NCBI RefSeq assembly: GCF_002483235.1
Contig: NZ_DLHN01000026.1
Location: 113,197-177,196 of the forward strand
Origin: Pedobacter glucosidilyticus
GTDB lineage: Bacteria; Bacteroidota; Bacteroidia; Sphingobacteriales; Sphingobacteriaceae
Length of the DNA: 64,000 nt
Direction of reading: 5' to 3'
The notes beneath the pieces were generated by a model. The model ran no database searches. It was not told the DNA's origin and saw only the letters and a list, made by a program, of their open reading frames with translations. Shown piece after piece: positions 57,408 to 64,000 of this stretch (within the stretch, counting starts at the first letter, position 1; every line of letters starts with the position of its first letter). Both the position numbers and the translations under genes were made by a program.

Positions 57408-57455
57408 ATCATAATTTATTTTAGTTGTTTATTAAACCTCCAGATAAAACCTATT

Positions 57456-58889
57456 ATGAGATACCTGAAAGCGATTTTTTTGCTTGTGTTTATATTGAAG
57501 CCAGAGTTTAGTATTTGTCAAAAAATGGGTTTTACAGATGCAGCTCAATTTGGCTTCTCACCTACAGCTACAGGTATACAAAATTCAGAGGCTTTACAAA
57601 AAGCAATCAATCTGGGTGGTACTATCATCATAAGCAAGCCTGGTGTTTATAAATTTGCTCAAACAGTATATGTTGGCAGCCATACAACCATAGAATTTGG
57701 AAATAACGTATTCATAAAAAAGGTAAACGAAAAAGGTAATTTTTCTCATGTCTTTCTTAATAAAGGGGCGTTAACTAAAACCTACAATGAGCATATCAGT
57801 ATTAAAGGACTTAATTTAATGGTTAATGGTATAGATAAACCTTTTTCAGAAGTATATGGGTTAAGAGGGCAGGTAGCGTTTTTTTATGTAAAAGATGTTA
57901 ATATTGAGCGTTTTAGGTGCGAAGATTTAACTAAAATGCAGTTTGGTATACATGTGTGTACTTTTGAAGATTTAATCATAGATGATGTAATGATAAGAGG
58001 TGAAAAAGATGGAATTCATTTAGGAAGAGGGAAAAGATTTACGATTAGAAACGGTGTTTTCCAAACTTTTGATGATGCCATTGCGCTGAATGCACATGAT
58101 TATGCGACAAGTAATCCAGAGTTAGGTTGGATTGAAAATGGAGTTATAGAGAATTGTCATGATTTAAATGCAGAAAATACGACTGGATATTTCTGTCGGA
58201 TTTTAGCAGGTGCATGGATAGATTGGCAAGAAGGAATGGAAGTTCAACAATCCGATGCAGTAGTGGCTAATGGTAGAATTTATAGGGTACAAGCTCAACC
58301 AGATGGCACAAAATATGTTTCTAAAACAAAACCTACACATCAAGAAGGCAGCCAAATTCTAGATGGAATTAATTGGGGTGTTGTTCAAACTGATGTAACA
58401 TATACCGCAGGCGTTAGAAATGTAGTTTTTAACAATATTTTTCTCGAAAAGCCTCGTATTGGCTTATCTATTCATTTTGATAATGATAAATATAGCCGTT
58501 CTTATTATCCCAACGCCACTATTCCATTACAAGAGCAATTAAGTTTTAACAATATTCGTATACTACATAATCAAGATATCCCATTTTTACTTATTGCAAC
58601 TCCAGTTGATTTAATTACCATCAGTAATTCAAGCTTTAGAAATAATCATATTCAATTTATAAGTAATAAGGCTATGGTTAACTATCTAAAAACAAATATC
58701 AATATCTACGCATGTTCTTTTCAAAAGGAAGGAGAGTTTGAGTTGTTAAAAAATGATGTTGATGGGAAAGAAATTTACTTGAAAACCTTTGGTAATATAG
58801 AGCTGCATAAGAATTTTAGAGCAAAAATTAATCCAGGAAGAGGTTTAATCCATATCCAATCAGACTTAACAGGTTTAAAAAAAGATTAA
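57456..58889 (+). CDS. Secreted right-handed beta-helix protein (pectate-lyase-superfamily/GH28-like), unknown specificity
   Basis: Signal peptide. N-terminal 'FGFSPTATGIQNSEALQKAIN' resembles the Pectate_lyase_3-type cap. Also 'GEKDGIHLG' and 'FDDAIALNAHD'. Confidence 0.65.
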   Translation: MRYLKAIFLLVFILKPEFSICQKMGFTDAAQFGFSPTATGIQNSEALQKAINLGGTIIISKPGVYKFAQTVYVGSHTTIEFGNNVFIKKVNEKGNFSHVFLNKGALTKTYNEHISIKGLNLMVNGIDKPFSEVYGLRGQVAFFYVKDVNIERFRCEDLTKMQFGIHVCTFEDLIIDDVMIRGEKDGIHLGRGKRFTIRNGVFQTFDDAIALNAHDYATSNPELGWIENGVIENCHDLNAENTTGYFCRILAGAWIDWQEGMEVQQSDAVVANGRIYRVQAQPDGTKYVSKTKPTHQEGSQILDGINWGVVQTDVTYTAGVRNVVFNNIFLEKPRIGLSIHFDNDKYSRSYYPNATIPLQEQLSFNNIRILHNQDIPFLLIATPVDLITISNSSFRNNHIQFISNKAMVNYLKTNINIYACSFQKEGEFELLKNDVDGKEIYLKTFGNIELHKNFRAKINPGRGLIHIQSDLTGLKKD

Positions 58890-59005
58890 GTATCCTTTTT
58901 AGTAAATGTTCTAATTTGCTTAATTCTATTAGTTTTTTGTTTATTGCTTGTTTAAGATAAAGGCTAGTTTAAAAGCCAATTCATCTTTGTTAAGAGTATT
59001 TGGGT

Positions 59006-59049
59006 AAAAATAGTTGTAATAAATGCTTAAAATGTTTAAAACTTAAAAG
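59006..59049 (+). promoter_or_regulatory. Conserved ~44-bp upstream element, copy B (50 nt before the 59099 start)
   Basis: AAAAATAGTTGTAATAAATGCTTAAAATGTTTAAAACTTAAAAG. See copy A. Confidence 0.55.
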
Positions 59050-59098
59050 GGCTTACTTTTTAACTTTATACCCTAGCCAAAAGACTATTTTAAACACA

Positions 59099-62000
59099 AT
59101 GAAAATAAAATTACTCCTTGTCATTTTATGCCTAGCATCAATTTGTAAAGCGCAAACACCAACTGAAACTTTTAATGTAGTTACAGAATTATCTATTCCT
59201 ACCCATCCAACAAATGGAACGGATTTTCCAACTTCCATTGTTAGCCATAAAGGAAGTATTTATTATGCTTATATAGATCCTTCATTAAATGGATGTATAG
59301 CTAAAAAAGATCCAAACGGAGTGGTTACATCGGCAGTGGTATTACCGGGTATCCAAAACAACCCTTCTCATACCATGGTTGGTATTGCCATAGATGCCGA
59401 AGGTTATATACATTACATTGGTAATATGCACCAAAACCCAATGGTTTATTTAAGATCTGATAAACCTGAGGACATCACTGCTTTTACTTCTTTAAATGGA
59501 GATGTAGCAAACGGGGGGATGTGGGGCCCTGTAGGGGTAACTTACGGTAGGTTTGTACAAAGTAGAAAAGGAACATTGTTTTTTCTTTCAAGACAAAGAT
59601 TAAATACTGTTAATGAAGGCTGGGTACAAGGTATCATGGGAGGCCATATACAAGTATATAATACTGATACCAAAAGATGGACCCAGTTAGGCTCATTAAA
59701 TTATAGTATGGTAAGTGATAGAGGTCAAACCATTACAGGTGGTATGGATAGTCAGCACCAAACAAGAGCCGTGATATGGGATAATTCTGGGGCAGGAGCT
59801 TTTCCTGGGCCAATAGGTAACGCTTATCAAGGATATAAATTAAGAGTAGTTTTTGATAAAAATAACAGGATGCACATGGTATGGAATGTTGCAAAAAATC
59901 CAGTTTTAACTACTGTTTCTGATACCCATACCCATTTAATGTATGCTTATTCTGATGATGAAGGTGTTACTTGGAGAAAATCTGATGGCTCTTTATTAAC
60001 CCTGCCTATTGGCACTACCAATGGCGAAGTTGTGTATAGCGAAGATCCAAACGTAAATACGCAAAGAATGTACAATTTCTGTAATATCATGTTAACATCC
60101 GATAACATGCCGGTTTTATTACAGTTCTCCTACACTCAAAATAAAACTTTAGCTTTTAAATTTAACGGTACAACTTGGGAAGAAGTTTCAGGGACTTGGA
60201 ATCCAAGTTGGCCAGGCGAAGGCTTAATAGATGATAACGGTTACATGTCATTGGTGAGTGGTAGCGGTGGCGGAATGAGACGCTCTAATGATAATGGTAC
60301 TAGCTGGAGACAATATACAGGTGTATCAACCTATCCAGGTGCTATATCATTCGACTATGAATATTACAGAGAAACCGGTATTTTAAGGCTACAAAGTGCA
60401 AATGGAGGTGCTTTAAGCGAGGTAAGAACTGTAACATTTTCTAATGCAAGTGAAGGTCAACTCGTTCCACCAGTATTAAGTGTTCTAAGTGGTACTACCT
60501 TTACAACGGCACAAACTATAAGTATTACACATCCTACTGCTGATGTCGTTATTAGATATACTACAGATGGCTCTTTACCAACAGCAACAAACGGAACAGT
60601 TTATACCACGCCAATTACGATTAGCAATACCACTACCATTAAAGCAGTAGCTTTTAAAACAGGTAGGGTAAGCAGCCGTTATGCCGCTTCAAGAATTCTT
60701 GTTTTTATTGGTCCGGATACACAAGCACCTTCTGCTCCAACCAATCTAAGTCCTACCAATATTTCATCCAGAGGTTTTACCGTAAACTGGACAGCATCTG
60801 TGGATGATCGTACAACAAATCCAACTTATGAGGTTTATTTAAACAATACCATGGTGGGGGTTTCTACCTCAACAAGTTATATTTTTAATAATTTAGATGC
60901 AGGTACTAATTATAGCGTAACTATAAAAGGTAAAGATGCCGCAGGTAATGTCTCTGCTTTTAGTAATGTATTAAGTGTAAGCACCCTGTCATCAAACGCT
61001 ATTGGTATTTTTACCAGTAGGTTGGATATCGGAGGCGCATCACCTGCCGGAAGTTCTACTTTTAATAGTGGTACATACACTATTAATGGTGCAGGTAATA
61101 CCAATGCAACTAATGAAGCCTCTCAATATTTATTTAGAGATGTAACGGGTGATTTTGTTTTAACTGGTCGCGTTCAGTCTTATACTTTTGATAATAATGT
61201 AGCTAATATTTTTGGAAGAGCAGGCTTTATGGTTAGGCAAGGTACGCAAGCTAACAATCCACCGGGTTTGTACTTGGCTTGTTTTAATAGTGCAAATGGT
61301 ATCGAGTGGCGTACAAGAGCAACCCAAAGTGCAAATTTTACACAAGCAAATGTTGTTTATAGTAAATTATTACCTCATTGGATTCGTTTGACCAGAACAG
61401 GAAATAGTTTTAGGGCAGAATACTCGGAGGATGGTTCTGCATGGACAGTTTTAGGTACCCAAACCGTAGTTTTAGAAAGTACTGTGCAGGTAGGTTTATT
61501 TGTAGCTTCTAACCTAAACGCTTTAAGATCCGCTACTTTCACCAATGTATCTATCACTACGCCCAATGCTGTAGCAGACAATGTAGCACCAAGCGCAGCA
61601 AGCAATATTTTTGGTTCAGAAATAACTTCCAATAGTTTCAAAATTAATTGGACCGCCGCTACCGATAATGTGGCTACAACAGCTTATGATATTTTAATTA
61701 ACGATAACTACGTAGGTACTACCACCAGTACTTCTTTTACCGTATCTGGTTTAACATTAGCTACAAATTATAGCGTTGTTGTTAGAGCTAAAGATGCAGC
61801 AGGTAATACTACGCCTAGTGCAGCTGTAAACATAGCTACCAGATCTAATGATGCTTCTATTGATAAAACAAGCTCAGCTATTGTTATTGATGGTGTTAAA
61901 GAGAGTTCTTGGGCTGGCGTTACTTTGCCTATTGCAAAAGTAACAACTGGTACTCTTTCCGGAGCGGCAGATTTAAGCGGTACATGGCAAGCAAATTACG

Positions 62001-64000
62001 ATGCAACAAATCTTTATATTTTTGCAGATGTAACTGATGATGCTATCAATACCACATCTTCAAATTGGTATGATAACGATGGGATAGAAATTTATATTGA
62101 TGCTACAAATGCAAAATCAGCTTCTTATACAACTTCTACTTTCCAATTAACTTTTACACATGGTAATGCAGTTCTAACTTCAAGAAACGGAGCTTCAAGA
62201 CCTGTAACCGGTGTAGAACTGGCTTATGTAAATAAAGCAGCCGGTGGCGGTTATGTGGTAGAAATTAAAATACCCTTAGCATCACTAGCTATACCAACTC
62301 CTGTAGCAAACGGGCAAAAATTAGGTTTTGATATTTCGCTAATTGATAATGATACAGGTTTTAGAAAAGGTAAAATGAGCTGGTTTAATAATCAAGATAA
62401 TTCTTGGCAAAGCCCTGCTAATTTTGGTATTGTAACTTTTTCTGAAGTGTCAGATAATCAAGCACCTACTGTACCAACAGGATTAGTTTCTTCAAACATT
62501 ACCGCAACCGGGTTTAAACTAGATTGGACGGCATCTACAGACAATATTGGTGTAGCAAGTTATGAAGTATTTAGAAACGGTGTTTCATTAGGTACTACTA
62601 CAAAAACAGATTTTAATGTAACTGGCCTTTTGGGTAGTACAACTTATAGCATGACCGTTTTAGCTAAAGATGAAGCTGGTAACGCATCAGCACAAAGTAC
62701 GGTATTAAGTGTTACTACACTTGCACCGCCAGATACTGAAGCTCCAACTTCACCAATAGGTTTAGCTTTCTCTAATGTTACAGAAACAAGTACTGTTATC
62801 AACTGGTCTCCTTCTTTAGATAATGTAGGAGTTACAGCTTATGAAATATTTGTCAATGGTACGTCTGTAGGTACAACTAGTATCACAAATTTTGAAGTAA
62901 CAGGTTTAACAGCGGGCACAACTTATAACATTACTGTTAGAGCTAGAGATGCAGCTGGTAATAATTCTTCACCTAGCCCTGCTTTAGCTGTAGCTACACT
63001 TGCTGCGCCAGATACACAGGCTCCTAGCGTACCTACAGGTTTAGCTTTCAATACCCTTACGAATACGAGTTTTAATATTACCTGGACGGCTTCAACAGAT
63101 AATGTTGGCGTTACTTCTTATGAGATTTTTAATAACGGTGTGTCTGCTGGTACAGCAACAAGTACCAGTTTTTCTTTAACAGGATTAAATGCTCTTACAG
63201 CTTATTCTATAACTATAAAAGCTAAAGATGCTGCCAATAATAGTTCAGCAGAGAGTGCAGCATTAGTGGTTAATACACTTGCAGCTCCTGATGTGCAGGC
63301 ACCAACTGTACCAACAGCTTTAAGTTTTGCTAACCTAACTTTTAATGGTTTTACTTTAAACTGGACCGCCTCAACAGATAATATTGGGGTAAGTAGTTAC
63401 GAGATATTTAGAAATGGAGCCCTTATCGGTTCATCTATCACTACTAGTTTTGTGGTATCAGGTCTAGATGGCTCAACCACTTATAGTTTAACAGTTTTAG
63501 CCAAAGACGTAGCTGGTAATTCTTCGGCTCAAAGTACAGCTTTAAGTGTAACCACTCCGGCAGCTCCAGACACACAGGCACCAACCGTACCAACAGGTTT
63601 AGCTTCGTCTAACCTTACCTTTAACTCTTTTACATTAAGCTGGACAGCCTCAACAGACAATGTAGGTGTTACTTCTTATGAGATTTTTAGAAATGGTACA
63701 TCTATAGGGACATCAACTACAACTAGTTTAGCATTAAGTGGCTTAACAGAATTAACCAACTACAGTATTACAGTAGTAGCTAAAGATTTAGCTGGTAATA
63801 TTTCTGCACCAAGTACAGCATTGCTAGTAAGAACATTGGCAGCACCAGACACGCAAGCACCTACAGTGCCAACAAATCTTGCTTCCAGCAATATCACAGT
63901 TACTGGCTTTACTTTAACTTGGAATGCCTCTACAGATAATGTTGGTGTGGTATCTTATGAAATATTTAGAAATGGTACCTCTATAGGAACATCAACTGCA
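59099..64000 (+). CDS. Giant secreted multidomain protein (>1634 aa, 3'-truncated by the window): Asp-box beta-propeller, CHB_HEX_C-like, Fn3, LamG-like, Fn3, CBM9-like, Fn3 array
   Basis: Not in the ORF track (no stop in the window). Hand translation in frame 2 from the ATG at 59099 gives 1634 codons without a stop. Signal peptide MKIKLLLVILCLASICKAQ. Asp-boxes SDDEGVTW (59951-59974) and SNDNGTSW (60284-60307). 'IRYTTDGSLPT…IKAVAFKTG' is CHB_HEX_C-like (about 60461-60700). LamG/DUF1349-like 'WIRLTRTGNSFRAEYSEDGSAWTVLG' (about 60990-61565). CBM9-like 'IVIDGVKESSW…NDGIEIYIDA' (about 61846-62450). Fn3 units are at about 60714, about 61578 and from 62453 on. Confidence 0.9.
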   Translation, partial: MKIKLLLVILCLASICKAQTPTETFNVVTELSIPTHPTNGTDFPTSIVSHKGSIYYAYIDPSLNGCIAKKDPNGVVTSAVVLPGIQNNPSHTMVGIAIDAEGYIHYIGNMHQNPMVYLRSDKPEDITAFTSLNGDVANGGMWGPVGVTYGRFVQSRKGTLFFLSRQRLNTVNEGWVQGIMGGHIQVYNTDTKRWTQLGSLNYSMVSDRGQTITGGMDSQHQTRAVIWDNSGAGAFPGPIGNAYQGYKLRVVFDKNNRMHMVWNVAKNPVLTTVSDTHTHLMYAYSDDEGVTWRKSDGSLLTLPIGTTNGEVVYSEDPNVNTQRMYNFCNIMLTSDNMPVLLQFSYTQNKTLAFKFNGTTWEEVSGTWNPSWPGEGLIDDNGYMSLVSGSGGGMRRSNDNGTSWRQYTGVSTYPGAISFDYEYYRETGILRLQSANGGALSEVRTVTFSNASEGQLVPPVLSVLSGTTFTTAQTISITHPTADVVIRYTTDGSLPTATNGTVYTTPITISNTTTIKAVAFKTGRVSSRYAASRILVFIGPDTQAPSAPTNLSPTNISSRGFTVNWTASVDDRTTNPTYEVYLNNTMVGVSTSTSYIFNNLDAGTNYSVTIKGKDAAGNVSAFSNVLSVSTLSSNAIGIFTSRLDIGGASPAGSSTFNSGTYTINGAGNTNATNEASQYLFRDVTGDFVLTGRVQSYTFDNNVANIFGRAGFMVRQGTQANNPPGLYLACFNSANGIEWRTRATQSANFTQANVVYSKLLPHWIRLTRTGNSFRAEYSEDGSAWTVLGTQTVVLESTVQVGLFVASNLNALRSATFTNVSITTPNAVADNVAPSAASNIFGSEITSNSFKINWTAATDNVATTAYDILINDNYVGTTTSTSFTVSGLTLATNYSVVVRAKDAAGNTTPSAAVNIATRSNDASIDKTSSAIVIDGVKESSWAGVTLPIAKVTTGTLSGAADLSGTWQANYDATNLYIFADVTDDAINTTSSNWYDNDGIEIYIDATNAKSASYTTSTFQLTFTHGNAVLTSRNGASRPVTGVELAYVNKAAGGGYVVEIKIPLASLAIPTPVANGQKLGFDISLIDNDTGFRKGKMSWFNNQDNSWQSPANFGIVTFSEVSDNQAPTVPTGLVSSNITATGFKLDWTASTDNIGVASYEVFRNGVSLGTTTKTDFNVTGLLGSTTYSMTVLAKDEAGNASAQSTVLSVTTLAPPDTEAPTSPIGLAFSNVTETSTVINWSPSLDNVGVTAYEIFVNGTSVGTTSITNFEVTGLTAGTTYNITVRARDAAGNNSSPSPALAVATLAAPDTQAPSVPTGLAFNTLTNTSFNITWTASTDNVGVTSYEIFNNGVSAGTATSTSFSLTGLNALTAYSITIKAKDAANNSSAESAALVVNTLAAPDVQAPTVPTALSFANLTFNGFTLNWTASTDNIGVSSYEIFRNGALIGSSITTSFVVSGLDGSTTYSLTVLAKDVAGNSSAQSTALSVTTPAAPDTQAPTVPTGLASSNLTFNSFTLSWTASTDNVGVTSYEIFRNGTSIGTSTTTSLALSGLTELTNYSITVVAKDLAGNISAPSTALLVRTLAAPDTQAPTVPTNLASSNITVTGFTLTWNASTDNVGVVSYEIFRNGTSIGTSTA
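62453..64000 (+). repeat. In-frame tandem repeat, period 279 bp (93-aa Fn3 units), 5.5 copies to the window end
   Basis: Unit starts (D-x-Q/E-AP-T/S-x-P) are at 62453, 62732, 63011, 63290, 63569 and 63848, exactly 279 nt apart. Each unit contains 'W(T/N/S)AS(T/L)DN(V/I)GV(T/A/S/V)(S/A)YE(I/V)F'. Confidence 0.9.

Noticed and set aside
56692-57455. Possible tRNA, integrase/transposase remnant or mobile-element end in the large gap
   Set aside because: No cloverleaf-compatible sequence (no GTTCGA-type T-arm) was seen by eye. There is no ORF of 60 aa or more and no terminal inverted repeats flanking a cargo. Only the phased 9-mer array and an orphan terminator were retained as findings.
59053-61641. 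Minus-strand ORFs 59053..59238, 60910..61104, 61160..61345 and 61375..61641
   Set aside because: All are antisense to the 1634-codon open frame, whose domain content is coherent. They are the only track entries here because the real ORF has no stop in the window.
62453-64000. Regularly spaced repeats considered as a possible CRISPR or non-coding satellite
   Set aside because: The period is 279 bp with no short repeat/spacer structure. The units are in frame, stop-free and encode Fn3 domains.
1-64000. Search for SusC/SusD, TonB-dependent receptors, HTCS/ECF regulators, rRNA, CRISPR and defence systems
   Set aside because: Every ORF longer than 200 aa could be accounted for as listed. None has the size or motifs of a TonB-dependent receptor, SusD-like TPR lipoprotein, sensor kinase, nuclease or methyltransferase.

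Overview
AT-rich Bacteroidota-type carbohydrate-utilisation island. The phylum call is an inference from T9SS C-terminal sorting domains, lipoprotein/Sec signal peptides and TAATG gene overlaps. Almost everything is on the + strand; only 3 genes are on the - strand. (1) 1-20.4 kb is a pectin/rhamnogalacturonan degradation block. It holds a CE12-like acetylesterase, three stand-alone CE8 pectinesterases plus a 1242-aa multidomain CE8, and two paralogous beta-helix pectate-lyase-like proteins. It also holds GH43, GH28, a GH105 fusion and uxaB-uxaA. Three consecutive proteins carry the same Fn3-like module plus a T9SS sorting domain. A conserved 20-bp motif sits upstream of three transcription units. 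(2) 20.4-23.3 kb, - strand: tsaC/sua5, a small secreted jelly-roll protein with PL7-like motifs, and an AraC-family regulator. (3) 23.7-56.7 kb is an array of 24 co-directional, tightly spaced genes. It starts with a PQQ-type sugar dehydrogenase and a cytochrome c. It then carries two paralogous beta-helix proteins of unknown function, GH2, GH95 x3, GH31, GH88, GH28 and two uncharacterised beta-propellers. A second PL7-like jelly-roll protein and GH29 x2 follow. After these come a RhaM-like mutarotase, an SDR, an ExuT-like MFS transporter, FucU, a D-galactonate (De Ley-Doudoroff) set dgoA-dgoD-dgoK, and apbE. No SusC/SusD pair, hybrid two-component regulator, transposase, integrase, tRNA, rRNA or CRISPR array was found. 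(4) 56.7-64 kb begins with a 764-bp gene-free region containing a phased 9-bp repeat array and an orphan minus-strand terminator. A beta-helix protein follows, then an open reading frame of more than 1634 codons that is absent from the supplied ORF track because it has no stop in the window. That ORF ends in a 279-bp-period Fn3 tandem array. All family assignments come from motif recognition by eye; no database search was possible.
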